DNA of 64,000 nucleotides from Phoronis australis (taxonomy: Eukaryota; Animalia; Phoronida), in NCBI GenBank assembly GCA_002633005.1, contig NMRA01000175.1:661597-725596 (forward strand), in the 5' to 3' direction. Below the pieces are notes generated by a model. That model saw only the letters and a program-made list of their open reading frames with translations. It was not told the origin of the DNA and searched no databases. Made by a program: the position numbers and the translations under genes. Below, piece after piece: positions 33,901 through 48,900 of this stretch (its first letter is position 1; every line of letters starts with the position of its first letter).

Positions 33901-36900
33901 GTTCATGATCTCAATAAAAATTATGATTTTTCATAGATCGTCATAGTTTCCACAAACATGAATTTTTGGCGTAAAACTTGGAAAATCTGTTTCTAAATTC
34001 TATAAGCTACAAAAGCGTGTCTGGGATTTTGGCACAAGAATCACACTCATAAAATGAAGACATCAAAATTCCTTGAAAAATGCAATTTTCGATTTTTTTG
34101 CAGCTACATTCTCGAGCTTAAAGGGCAGACTTCTTTTTGAAGCTAATACAGAATTTGCAAGTCTAGCAAGAAATTGTGGAAAATACGGCAATCTCTGTTG
34201 TGAAAAATCATGATCCATATCATTATGAACAAATGAGCATTGCTTTCCTGTATATAGTACATTCTGCTATCATCAAAGATTTTAAAAACTTGTAGTTTCA
34301 TAGGTCTACTATTAATACTTTAAAAATTATTTAATAAATTGATCCTTGGTAACGAAGATAATAGCGTATTACTTTAAATGTCTACAACCTGTTTTGATAA
34401 ATGTCCCTCATCCAACAACAATCCATTTCTACTATCAACAGGAACTCAGATGAAGTGACTCAATATTGGAAGACTTAACAAGCTTGGTGGCTTTATGACA
34501 TGTTTGACTTTAAGCAATGCATTAATGGATCCACTTGGGTTTCATAACTTACTTTATGGGTAGCAATAAAAATTAAATGACCATATAAAAATTATGGTAT
34601 GGGTTGTCTATCAAATACATTAAATATTAGTCTCATTTGCTTTCTAATGGCTTGAAGCTTGAGCATAATAACAACAATCACCAAGTTTGCTTTCATATGC
34701 CTCCATAAGCCAACACTTGTGACCTATTTTGGCTATACAAGGTTATCACTGGCTAACAGATATGACCTATTTTGGCTATACAAGGTTATCACTGGCTAAC
34801 AGATGTGACCTACTTTTATTGTAAAGATTCAGCAGTTTATCCATCAGATCAGTCAGTTCTTCCACGCTACTGGCCAACTGACCAATGATGTTATCGGGGT
34901 CACTGACCGAAAGGAAGACGAGATCAATTGTCTGACCGACAGTCAATGCAACAGTTGGAATACTGACATCACACTGGCCAGTCCCCTGGTCTATTGGACC
35001 ACCTGCAAGTAAAAATTTATTGTGGAATGCATCCACTGCCCACCATTCCTAAGATGACCTATTTTAACTGTAAGTTAAGGTAAATGACTGAAACATAATG
35101 ACCAAGTAAGGTATAATGATCCTGTCATTTTATGTATGGAAAGCAATATGACTGGAAATTGACTGGTTACTGTGATTAAACAACAGAGGGAGTCACTACT
35201 TATTAAAATACTAAGACTTGCAACAGATTGTGCCCAATTTCTTGCTGGCACAATCAACAAAATTTCACATATTAAGAAACTAGACACCATGAATTAAGAA
35301 TATTTTTATTAGAACCAATGTGTAGAACAGTGAATTCAATCAGGCACACACTCCCCAATTTAGCACTCACTACTGTTCTCCTCAAACGTCCCTCTCTCTT
35401 CCAATAGGGAGCCAGGGATAGCTGCACAATAGCCACCATGTAGCAGGCGGTGGTTGATTGACAAAGTGTCACCTGTCTTTGGGTTGTACACATAGACATA
35501 ATACACATCTGCTTCAACACTGGTCACATGAACTGACAGGGCATCTTCCTCAGCAACTTCAAAGAACTCTGCAACAAACAGCACAGTTTAAAGAATTCTA
35601 AAGTTTTATCTATTACCTTTACTAGAAACATTGTAATCGCGAGTTGCCTTTTCACAACACTTCACCCCAAAAGTTTAAAAAATGTAATAATAGACTATCA
35701 TGTCTTTACTTAAAGAGTCCATAAGTCTTGATGCAGACGCAGACCAAAACTAATACTATTTTTGATTAAATCTTCAGTTTTGAAATTGAGCTTGACAAAC
35801 ATGTAATGACATCAATCATGGTTTGACCTGATACCCACTCTCCGTCCTTTTTCAAAAACATTGAACAGAACTGAAGTCATCGAGTCTATATCGCAGTGCT
35901 GCTGACCAGTTCTTACTATTTTGTCCAAACTCCCAATCTGACAAAAACTTTCCGCACTGCCAACTGAGAATGAATGGTACGAAAATAATAACTCACGAAA
36001 TCCTACCTTGGAACATGCTGATGGCCTCCTGGTTCCATTCCTCGTCTATCTTCACACCAGCTAACTTAAGATCTAGTCCTTGGGCCTCCAGACAGATGAA
36101 ATTGTCGGGAATCGTGCGAATGTCAGTTGAAGGAATCACATCAGTATTGCCGTAGTCTACGAACTTAACCTGATGAATACATAAAAAATTAGTGTAAATG
36201 GTGAAAACCTTGCTTTGCAACGACTTGAAAGAACACAATTTTAACTGTCACAATTTAAAGAGTTATTTACAGACACTAGTTAAACATATAACAACATTTT
36301 CCCTAGAAATACATCTTTTAAACATATAGGAAATCTCACTTGGAAACTAGTATAAGTTGGACCTTTGCTGAACTCAGACATCAAAATTCCACAAAGCATT
36401 TGCTGTAGTTTGTGCACTCAGTCCGTCAGCTATGTTGGACCTCACCTTACTCCCAATAAAATCTCTTGGTCTCATTGGATATTAATGTTAAGAGCTTTTA
36501 GTACATTTTAAACATGAATAACCAAGTGTTTTCCTGGTCCTCAGTAACAACGCATTAGTGAAGTGATATAGCAGGTACAGGTGTCTTATTTCTATCACCC
36601 ATTTATCCCGCCAAGCACAATGAATGATACGAGTTAAATTCAGTCCGACTCAACCAGTCAATGCACGGTTGAAGTGAAATGGAACACAGAAATATATATG
36701 GCACTACGCTACTTCACAGCAAACAACATAATTTGTGTCAGGAAAACAGGTAATTAATGGAATAAACTTAATAACCACCAGTCTCAATTTTTAGCGTAAA
36801 CCGCACCATAAATGTTGGCTTTCCTTTCACAAAATGATTGCACTTGATCGACCTTGTCACTTCAACCAGGTCAACCAGTCAAAATATCCGACTGGTCTAA

Positions 36901-39900
36901 AAGACGAAAGTAAACATCAACAAGAGCAACGCGGAGCATTGAAATGCGCCCACAAATGCATCGCAAATGGTGTGCTTTCAGGGTTATTTATTTGTATCAT
37001 AAAAATGGCCACTAGATGGCGCAAAAACGTACAATCCATCCAAATACAGCTATGGATGAAAAACAAAACAGAGCAACCATTAGGAGGCGCCAAAGTAGTC
37101 AGTCGCCATCATCAAACGTCCTCTTCACACTGAGAACATTTCAATTTTCAAAACCATCCCTAGAAGTATTTGGTTGACCAGGGTTTGAAAACAGCAAAAA
37201 TGGCCACCAGGTGGAGCAAAATACCTATATTCAAAATTTTATGAAAATCTGTTTTGGAACTTTGAAAGTACAGAGGTAAACGTAAAAAACTAAAATTGCC
37301 ACTAGGGGGCACAGGAGTGGTCAGATCCATACGAAAGTTGTCGTTGTTCGTTGTCAACATCATATAAATACACTTGCTAAATCAAGTAAAGATCCTGCAA
37401 ACGGTTTAGGAAATACAGCCATGAGTGCAAAGAACTGCCAACAGGAGGCGACACAGTAATCAAAGTTGGAAAATCATCGTCAGCCGTCCACTTCATAGTT
37501 AAAACATACATGCCAATTTTCACAATTATCCTGAAAGCGGTTTGGTTGATAGACGAGTGGACGCCAAAAAACAGACTCGAAATCAGTAAAAATGGCCACT
37601 AGGTGGCGCAAACTACGTCCAATCCATCTGAAAATGGAGAGATGCCTTTATGCCAAATTTTATGAAAATACATTGAGGACCTTTGAAGATAGAGAGGTAA
37701 ACGTAAAAAAATGAAATTGCCAATAGGAGGCACACCAGTAGTCAGATCTGTCTGATAGTCGTCATCCTGCGTTATTAACATCATATAAATGCACTAAGCA
37801 ACTTAGTAAAGATCCTGCAAATGGCTTAGGAGATACAGCCATAGGCACAAAAAAAAAACAAAATTGCCACTAGGAGGCGCCACAGTAGTTGAAGTCATCG
37901 GAAAACCATCGTCAGCCGTCCACTTCATAGTAAGAACATACATGACAATTTTCGCAATCATCCTTTGAGCGGTTTGGTTGATGGAGGGATGGACGCCAAA
38001 AAACAGACTCGAAAACAGTAAAAATGGCCACTAGGTGGCGCAAAATACCTCGAATCCATCCGAAAACGAAAGGATAGCGTCACCTCATTAATATATGTCT
38101 ATGTGCCAAATTTCATGAAAATCGGCTGAGGACCTTTCAAGATACAGAGGCAAACCTAAAAAACTAAAATTGCCACCAGGGAGCACAGCGGTATTCGGGT
38201 CGGTCCGAAACTCGTCGCCCTTTGTCGTCAACCCCATAGGAACACACCTGCCAAATTTCAATAAGATCCTGCAAGGGGTTTAGGAGATACAGCCGCAGAT
38301 GCCCAAACAGAGATGACGGCAATATGCACCCACATATAAATATGTGGGCACATAAAACTCCATCAGATGTCTCGGGCGATAGACCCGGCAAAGTCAATCA
38401 AGTGTACCCAGACAACATCTCACTCCCCCCTCCCCCCACAGCACGATCCCGCTCCTCACCTTAAGTTCACTCTCCAGGGACTCCAGCACCACACCGCGGT
38501 ACCAAGAATTGTCCTCTGACCACAGAGCCAGACAGGCTTCACCCACTCCAGCACAGTAACCTAAGCAACAAAATGACATGTGTGAGTGAAAGACCCCGAA
38601 TCCAACTATTGACTTTATGAGCAGAATAGGAAATTTAAAGTGAACAAATGATGATCTGATCTCCCTGTGATCGTCAAACAGGTTCTCTGTGAGTGAATTT
38701 TGCCAAAGCAGTAACTCTAAATGTAGATAAATTCACATATCACGTCACAAGATGAACAGACGAATACTTGCTGCAAGGTATTTCTACCATAAACTTTAAG
38801 TCAACACATTCAGTTAAATCACCAACAAATTTCATTTCAAATCAGTTTTAAATTAAAAAAAATCACACTTGAAAGCTATTTAACAGACTGTACTATTCAA
38901 AACAATTTCAAATGTAATTTAAAAACAAAATAGTATGTTCTGAACACTACAAACCTTCAGCACTGGCAACTTTCTCCTGTGTGCAGTAATCTTGAATGGC
39001 ACCTGTCAGTTGCTCAAGCTCTGCCTCATTCTTGAGCAGACGACACGTGAACTCATCAGGTGACCCCGCTACTGAGAACACCATGTCATACTTCTGGCCG
39101 GGTTCCAGAGTAATGTATCTGAATTATGAAATATGAATCTGATCAGCAATCGCTCTGACCAATCCACTATTACAGTAGTCACGACCTTACATTAAAAACA
39201 GGTCACACTAGTTGTTTCAGTCTCCAAGACTGCTGCTCTATTCTCACAACATGACTTCTTAGTTTTGCACAGTGAAACCAATTCAACCACCAACAAAACA
39301 TATATTGAGTAGTAAGCAAATGTATACTGCCAGAAAGAATACAAAAATCAATTTTTTTTCTCATGATTTAGATGAAGCAGCCAGATCCTACGTTGTATCG
39401 AAGATATGAAGCATTCTCCATACAGCTCTTTACCGTTGTGAGAGCACATAACTGTCTATCGCTTGACCAGATTTCTAAAAGTGGTGTGCAACATAAGCCC
39501 AGTTGACAGGGACGAAACACAACTTCTTTCTTTCACGGACATTTCGAGACATTGGAATACACTAGAGAATATACCACCGCACTAAATTCATACAAGAATG
39601 CAGAAAATTGACCACCAACTACCTTGTCGCCATCTAGTGGCTATTAGAGCAGTGTTATCCAAGCATTTGATACAATCTCCTCAGAGATGATTTTGCTCAA
39701 TTTTATAATTCCTACACAAAGCAATTATAACAAAATTACCAAAATAATGTGACAGAAAATGTTTCCTATAAACTTCCTGGATGTCCCAACCACATCTTGA
39801 ATACCAATAAAGCACACCTGTACACCCACCTGAATTTTGATTGCTGTTCATTATTCAGGGCCTCATCACCGTCCACTGTCTCCACCTTATTGACAAGCTG

Positions 39901-42900
39901 TTCATCATCAGTCACACAAGGGGGAGCCACAGACAACTCCTCCAAATCCTGCTGTTCGGCATTGCCAACAAGTCCTGCATCAGAAAAGTTTTCCACAATT
40001 CCTTCGCTACCATCTTGTCTTGTTCCACTGTCCAGGTCGGTAGAAGTTCCCCGTGTAGCTGAATCACTGGCATAGCCAGCTTCAACAAGCTGACAACCAA
40101 TAGAGTACTCTCCGTCTCTCAGCTCAATCGTGGCACTTATCACATGACCACTAAGATCCACACTAACTATTTCTGCCTGCAGCTCCTTGTCGATGGTGAG
40201 TTCTTCAAAACGTGTACACGCAGCCGAATCCCACACATCTCCAACGGGGTGCACTCGGGCCAGACTACAACAGAATGCTTGTGGCGGAACAAGCAGCAAA
40301 TCGGGACGCACGTTCTTGACAAGCGATCGTAACACACGCTGGCTGTTTCCATAATCCACGAAGCAGACCTGTATACAAAAATGGAAACTCATTACACGTC
40401 TCAAAATACTGTCAAATCGACATGCTTTTTCTTCTAAATGGTCGCATTAGAAACTTCATCAAATGTGTCGTTCTGATTGCCCAACAAGGTTGCAATGGAT
40501 AGAATTGGAAGAGTGGCTGAAGAAAAAAAAGCCTTTAAAGCAGTCATTTTTAAGGCAATGTAAAACTGCACTTTTAATCAGGTGAATAATTTTACTTCAC
40601 AACACAATTTTCACTACCGAATCCATCATTTAAAGAATACATGGAGCTTAAGCAAGCAAAGAGTTTGGTAGGAATTATAGCGCAGCTACCTGCGCACGCT
40701 TTTGATTATTTTTTTTCTAATTTCAAAAACAGAGAAAAATCCATTTTTTTTCAATTTTATAACTAAGCAAATTTCGCATTACAAAGTTAAACAAGAGCAG
40801 TGCGGAGCATTGAAATGCGCCCATGAATGCATTGCAAATGGTGTGCTTTTAGGGTTATTTATTTGCATCATAAAAATGGCCACTAGATGGCGCAAAAACA
40901 TATAATCCATCCAAAAACAGGAACATGCCATATTTTATAAAAATCTGTCAAGGAACTTCAGAGAAACAAAGGAAAACAGAATAAAATGAAATTGCCACTA
41001 GTGGGCACAGTGTCCGTTGGATCCGCCTGAAAGTTGTCGTCGTCTGTTGTTATCTTCAAATAAATACACTTACTAAATTTAATAAAGATGCTGCAGTGGA
41101 TTTAGGAGATACAACTATGGACGCAAAACAAAACTACCACTAGGAGGTGCCACAGTAGTCAGTCACCATCATCAAAGATTGTCTTCACACTGACAACATA
41201 TATGCCAATTTTCAAATGATTTGGTTGATACAGGGGAGGACGCCAAAAACAAAGATTTGAAAACAGCAAAAATAGCCACTAGGTGGTGCAAAATACCTTG
41301 ATTCCATCCAAAAACAGGAAGATACCGTCATCACACCAATAGATGAAGATACAGAGTTAAACGTAAAAAACTAAATTGCCACTAGGGGGCACAGCAGTAG
41401 TCAGATCTATTCGAAAGTCGTCGTCGTCCGTAGTCAACATCATATAAATACACTTGCTAAATTAAGTAAAGATCCTCCAAACAGTTTAGGACACACAGCC
41501 ATGAGCGCAACAAAAAAACTTCCACTAAGAGGCGTCCCAGTAGTCGAAGTCGTCAGAAAATCGTCAGCCGTCCACTTCATAGTAAAAACATACATGCCAA
41601 TTTTCACAATTATCCTGAAAACGGTTTGGTTGAAAGATTAGTGGACGCCAAAAAACTCGAAAACAGTATAAATGGCCACTAGGTGGCGCAAACTAAGTCG
41701 AATTCATCTGAAAATGGAGAGATAGTGACACCTCATTAATAGATGCCTATATGCCAAATTTTATGAAAATACAATGAGGACTTTTGAAGATACAGAGGTA
41801 AACGTAAAAAAATGAAATTGCCACCAGGTGGCACATCAGTTGTCAGATCTGTCCGAAAGTCGTCATCGTTTGTTGTTAACATCATATAATTACTATACTT
41901 ACTAAATTTCGTAAAGATCCTGCGAACAGTTTAGGAGATACAGCCATAGGTGCAAAAAAACTGCCATTAGTCGTCATTGTCTGTTGTCAGGATCATATAA
42001 ATACACTTGCTATGTTTAGTAACGATTCTGCAAGCAGTTTAGGAGATACAGCCATGGGCACAAAAAAAAACAAAACTGCCACTAGGATGCGCCACAGTAG
42101 TCGAAATCGTCGGAAAATCATCGTCAACCGTCCTCTTCATAGTAAGAACATACATGCAAATTTTCACAATCATCCTTTGAGCGGTTTGGTAGATAGAGGG
42201 GTGGACGCAAAAAAACATACTCGAAAACAGTAAAAACAGCCACTAGGTGGCGCAAACTCCGTCGAATCCATCCGAAAACGAAAGGATAGCGTCATCTCAC
42301 TAATAGGTGCATATATACCAAATTTCCTGAAAATCCGTTAAGGACTTTTAAAGATACAAAGGAAAGCGTAAAAAACTAAAAGTGCCACTAGGGGGCACAC
42401 CGGTAGTCGGATCCGTCCGAATGTTAGCTCATGCTGTCCCATTCATGAATGGAACATATGTGCCAAATTTCATGAACGTATGTCAAAGGCTTTTGGAGAA
42501 AGAGCAGCATACGCCGGACGGACGCCGGACAGACGGACGGAGATAACAGCATAATGCGTCCACATATAAATATGTGGGCGCATAAAAACACTTCCTGGGA
42601 TTGTTTTTCTCTATCTAGTACATTAATGCCACAGTTCCATTTCACCAAGTATACGTTTATTGTTTCTCAAAACTGGTAAAGGAACTGTCATTGATTGTCA
42701 GAAGAAATAAACAATTTGCAATTTGCGAAACAATTATTGTGAATTAGTTTGATGGTAACAAATGCAATAGATTACATTTCAAAGATTTGAAGTAAAAGCA
42801 AAAAAAATATTTGATTTATAGTACCTACTACTGTAATATGTGAATTACATTCGAAACTTCCAACTCCGTAAAAGAAGTCCGATTCTGTGAATTCCAACTG

Positions 42901-45900
42901 TTTTCCATTATTATGGAAAACCAGGCTCTCTAACTCCAATGTAGCTTCACAGATTGGAGTTTGAGCCCTCCCCCTAATGGCCATACGCCTAGTCATAGCT
43001 AAGTATCTAAGACCACCATATCTTGGATATTAGCAGCAGGACAGCCCATTGAACTGGTTTATGACAAGGGTCATCAAATGCTACTGACTATGGACTACAC
43101 GCTCAGCGCCGTCCTTCCTATTTCATGTCCGTCCTCTGTATTCTTTGGGTATGTATTTCTCATCACAAAGTCCGTCCTCTGTGTTCTTTGGGTCTGTCTT
43201 TCTAATCAGAAGGTCCCTCAATTCCATTTGAAGGTCCGCGCTTCTCATTTGCAGTCTAAGCTTATTGGATGATAAAACGTGTTCACGGTAGAAAAACAGA
43301 GCATGATGTCGTATCATGCAATAAAAAATGACCACCATACCTCCAAATCCTCTTCACCCATGTCAGTCACCACACCGCGGTACCAGCTCCCATCTTCAGA
43401 GTACTGTGCGATGCATGGACGTCCTGGCGCCACCAATTCAAGTATCTCGCTGTCAGCAGACAGCTTGGAGTAGTGCTCGTCTACACGGTCCATCAGCAGG
43501 GGGAGCTCCTCTTCAGACGAGGCCAGTTGGCACCAGAAATTGGACGGGTCACTACTGGTTGACATGACAAAGACGCTGACAGTCTCTCCTTGCACCAGTT
43601 TAGGGCTAAAAGAAACAAGAAATGTAGTCAGCAATTTACAAAAAATCTCAACTGTTGTCTTATGTAGTCAGCAATTTACAAAAAAATCAACTGTCGTCTT
43701 TTCGAAACGTACAGTGAGGGAGCGTGCTTCAAGAACAAATACATTAGAAGACGCCTGATGAGTTATGTGCAAAACCTGGGCACGGGGGAGGTCTCATCTC
43801 TGAACTCAAAACTAGAGTAAAAAAAAACAACTGTATGTCAAGCTTCAAGAAAACTTGCGAATTTGATTGGATAAATTTCCAGGCCGAGTCACAGTGCAGG
43901 CTGAATTTGGAAATTAGACCATGGACCCTGAAACATGGACACACAATTCCCACTAAACAGTTTTGCCTTTCTTTGCATCTTTGAGCAGAACTTCGATGAA
44001 ACAAAACAATTTCAAGAAGATCACTTTTGTACAACTACTGTACACATCAGCCAAAATAACAAATCCCAGACTCCATTTCAATAGTTATGTGATCCTTAGC
44101 ATATGACCACCCACCTGTACGCGTAGTCTTTACTGGTTCGCCTCTTCAACTGCAGTGGTTCGTTGACATCCACAGCAAATTTCTCAGTTATCAGCTTCTC
44201 ACTAACCAACATACCCATATCAAGCAAACGCACCAAGCGCGAGTCATCGTCACCGACTTCTATGACCTCAGCAACAAGACACTTATCACTGACAAAGTCA
44301 GAGAAATAATCAGTGGTACGCTGCGTCCATGCCGAATCATCAGCACGCACCCCATACAGAGCACACTCTATGGCTTGACAGGCAAGAATACTGAACTTGG
44401 TCTGCAGTTGACGGATGTCACTGAAACCAACCGTTTCTGAGTTGCCATAGTCAACGTAGAAGACTTTGACCTCAGGGGCGTTGACTGCCACCACCTGGGC
44501 ACGATACCATGAGCCATCTTCTGAGAATTTCGCTACGCACGGTGACCCCACTTCTGGGCAATCATCAAAAGTATCCGAGACAGAGGACTCGATAGAATTG
44601 TAGGTCTCGAAGATCTTTTCCATCAGCAACTCCAGAAGTGGTAGGTATTTCTTCAACTGAACCCAGAACTGGCTAGGATTAGTGATATTGGATATGTACA
44701 CTTCCTCTTTGTCTCCAATTAAAAATGGTGGTACTGTGTACTTGAAAGACATCTGCACTGGAGATGTATCCTCCCCAACAGCCTCAGTGACACGAAGTTC
44801 GAAATCTGTTTCAGTGATGGCCCCAGCAATGGGTGACTCAGCACGATTATCCTCTGATAGCGCTACAGGAACTTCAGGTAAACCTGCAGCTGGACAAAGA
44901 TCACTAGCAACACTGCTGGAAATCTCGTTGGCACTGTTGCCACCATTCTTTCCACCAACAGCTGCCTCCCCTTTCACTGTCGCATGAGTTCCAGAAGTGT
45001 CCACAACCATCACGCTGGTATCCTCCATTTCTTCCTGCCTAGCAAGCCCCGCCTCCAACAATTTCGATTCGATGGAGATCCCAACATCTAACATCTTCAC
45101 ATTCAGTGTTACACCGTCATCAGCAAGACTCACCACATCCACCAACAACTTCTTATCACTGATCAACTCCTGGAACATGCTAGAATAATCTGTACCCCAA
45201 GTAGTTGCAACATCATCTTTAAACAGCAGACGACAGTGGAACGCCTGCCGCTCTAACTTCAAAAATGCAGAGTCGAGACATTGCACCTCTGCCACCTTGA
45301 CTACGTCCTTGTTGCCATAGTCAACAAAGGCTACTGTAAAGGTGCCATCGTCATGGCAACACTCCACCTGGGCACGATACCACTCCCCATCTCCTGAAAA
45401 CCTACAAATAGGACAAGATAAAAAAACATTGAATTCATACACTGATGAGACTCCGCCTAATTAAGATGATGTAGGACTCTAGGAAAATTTCAAATTTGAT
45501 TAAACTTACCAGTGGTCGGCTTTATTCATGACAATTTTAAAAGTAAAGAGGTTGTTTTCAATTTATTTTGTTGAAACGTTGGGCAACACTTTATATGCCA
45601 AAAACTAGGAAAATAAAAAATGCTAGTAACCCAGAAATACACACAAGGCCACTCTTCGAACAGATTTTTTATTTCCCTCGCCCTACCCTACGAAGTGGGT
45701 AGGTAAGTCAACAAGAGCAACGCGGAGCATTGAAATGCGCCAACGAATGCACCGCAAACAATGGGCTTCTAGAGTTGTTCATTTCTATCATACAAATGAC
45801 CACTAGATGGTGCAACACGGAACATGCCATCGCTTCTTTAATAGACAGCTATTTACCTAACTTCATAAAAATCTGTCAAAGGACTTCAGAGAAACAAAGG

Positions 45901-48900
45901 AAAATGGTAAAAAATGAAATTGCCACTAGGGGGCAGAGTGTCCGCCTCAAAGTCGTCATCTGTTGTTAGGCTTCACATAAATACACTTAAATTTAATAAA
46001 GATCCTACAGTGGGATTAGGAGGTACAGCTATGGCCGCAAAACAAAACAAAACCACCACCAGGAGGTGCCACAGTAACCAAAGTTGTCAGCGTAATCGCC
46101 GTCTTCACACTGAGAACATATACACCAATTTTCAAAATTCTACTTAGAATGGTTTGGGGTGGACGCCAAAAAACTCGAAATGCGCTCACGAATGCATTGC
46201 ATATGGTGTGCTTTTAGGGTTACTTGTATCATAAAAATGGCCACTAGATGGCGCAAAACGTACAATCCATCCAAAAACGGGAACATGCCATATTTCATAA
46301 AAATCTGTCAAGGAACTTCAGAGAAACAAAGGAAAACAGAACAAAATGAAATTGCCACCCACTTGAGGGCACAGCGTCCGTTCCATCTGCCTGAGTCGTC
46401 GTCTGTTACCTTCACATAAATTCACTTACTAAATTTAATAAAGATCCTGTAGTGGGTTTTGAAGATACAGCTGTGGGCTCAAAACAAAACAAAACTACCA
46501 CTAGGAGGCGCCACAGTAGTCAGTCACCATCATCAAACATCCACTTCACACTGAAAACATGTACGCCAATTTTCAAAACCATCCCTAGAATGATTTGGTT
46601 ATCGAGGGGTGGACGTCAAAAACAAGATTTGAAAACAGCAAAAATGGCCACCAGGTGGTGCACAATACCTCGATTCTATCCAAAAACAGGATGTAAGTGT
46701 CATCTCACCAATAGATGCCTATAATCAAAATTTTATGAAAATCAGTTGAGGACCTTTAAAGATACAGACTGGTGAACATAAAAAACTAAAATTGCCACTA
46801 GAGGGCACACCAGAAGTCAGATCCATCCGAATGTCGTCGTCGTCCATTGCCAACATCATATAAATACACTTGCTAAATTAAGTAAAGATCCTGCAAACGG
46901 TTTCATAGCTACAGCCATGAGCGCAAAAACAACAAAACAGCCACTAGGAGGCGCCACAGTAGTTGAACTCGGAAAATCATCGTCAGCCGTCCACTTCATA
47001 GTAAACACATACATGCAAGTTTCCACAATTATCCAGAAAGCCGTTTAGTTGACAGACGAGTAGACGCCAAATCAGTAAAAATAGCCACTAGGTGGCGCAA
47101 ACTAGGTCGAATCCATCTGAAAATGAAGAGATAGCGTAACCTCATTAACAGATGCCTGTATGCCAAATTTTATGAAAATAGGTTGAAGACTTTGGAACAT
47201 ACAGAAGTAAACGTAAAAAAAATAAAAATTGCCACTAGGTGGCACACCAGTACTCAGATCCATCTGAAAGTCATCCTCCGTTGTTAACATCATATCAATA
47301 CACTTACTAAATTTAGCAAAGATCCTACGAATGGTTTAGGGGATACAGCCACAGCAGTCGAAGTCATCAGAAAATCATAGTCAGCTGTCCACTTTGTAGT
47401 AAGAACATACATGCCAATTTTCACTATCATCCTTTGAGCGGTTTAGTTGGTAGAGGGGTGGCCACAAAGAAACTGAATCGAAAACAGTAAAAATGGCCAC
47501 TAGGTGGCGCAAACTACGTCAAATCCATCCGAAAACGGGAGGATAGCGTCGTCTCCCTAATAGGTGCGTATATATCACATTTTATGAAAATCCGTTCAGG
47601 ACTTTTGAAGATACAGAGGTAAACGTAAAAAACTAAAATTGCCACTAAGGGCACACCGGTAGTCGGATCAGTCCGAAAGTTCACTCATGCCATCCCATCC
47701 ACAGAAGGAACACGTGTGCAAAATTTCATGAACATACGTTCAGGCGTTTTGGAGATAGAGCAGCGGACGCCAGACACCGGATGCCAGATGGACGTACAGA
47801 GATGACGGCATAATGCGTCCACATATAAATATGTGGGCGCATAAAAATGGCAACTAGGTGGCGCAAAATCCATCCGAAAACCGGATGATAGCGTCATCTC
47901 ACCAATAAATGCCTATATTCCAGACTTCTGAAAATACGATGAGGACCATTAAAGATAGATATAAATGTAAAAAAATAAAATTGCCACTAGGAGGCACACT
48001 GGTAGTTCGATCCGTGCGAAAGTAGTCATCGTCCATTGTCAACACCATATAAATACACTTGCTAAATTTAGTAAAGATCCTGCAAACAGTTTAGGAGATA
48101 CAGCCATGGGCGCAAAAAAAACAAAACTGCCACTAGGAGGCGCCATAGTAGTTGAAGTCATCGGAAAATCATCGTCAGCAATCCTCTTCTAGTAAGAGCA
48201 TATATGCCAATTTTAATAATCATCCTTAGAGCAGTTTGGTTGACAGAGGAGTGGGTGCCAAAAAACCGACTCGAAAACAGTAAAAATGGCTACTAGGTGG
48301 CGCAAAATACCTCAAATCCATCCAAAAACGGGAGAAAAGCGTCATCTCAACAATAGATGACTATATTCCAACTTTTATGAAAATATGTTGAGGACCATTG
48401 AAGATACAAACCTGGTAAACGTAAAGAAATAAAACTGCCACTAGGGGGCACACTGTTAGTTCGATCCATGTGAAAGTCGTCATTGTCTGTTGTCAGGATC
48501 ATATAAATACACTTGCTAAGTTTAGTAACGATTCTGCAAGCAGTTTAGGAGATACAGCCATGGGCACAAAAAAAACAAAACTGCCACTAGGATGCGCCAC
48601 AGTAGTCGAAGTCGTCGGAAAATCATCGTCAGTCATCCTCTTCATAGTAAGAGCATACATGTCAATTTTCATAATCATCCTTAGAGCGGTTTGGTTGATA
48701 GAGGTGTGGACGCAAAAAAACATATTCGAAAACAGTAAAAATGGCCACTAGGAGTCCCAAACTACGTCGAATCCATTCGAAAATGAGAGGATAGTTTCAT
48801 CTCACCAATAGATGCCTATATTCTAAATTTCACGAAAATACATTTTAGTCTTCTGAAGATACAGAGGTAAGCGTGAAAAACTAAAATTGCCACTAGGGGG

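Noticed and set aside
42770-43270. Possible LINE C-terminal remnant (KLRLQMRSADLQMELRD...EDGLCDEK)
   Set aside because: Resemblance too weak to support without a profile search.
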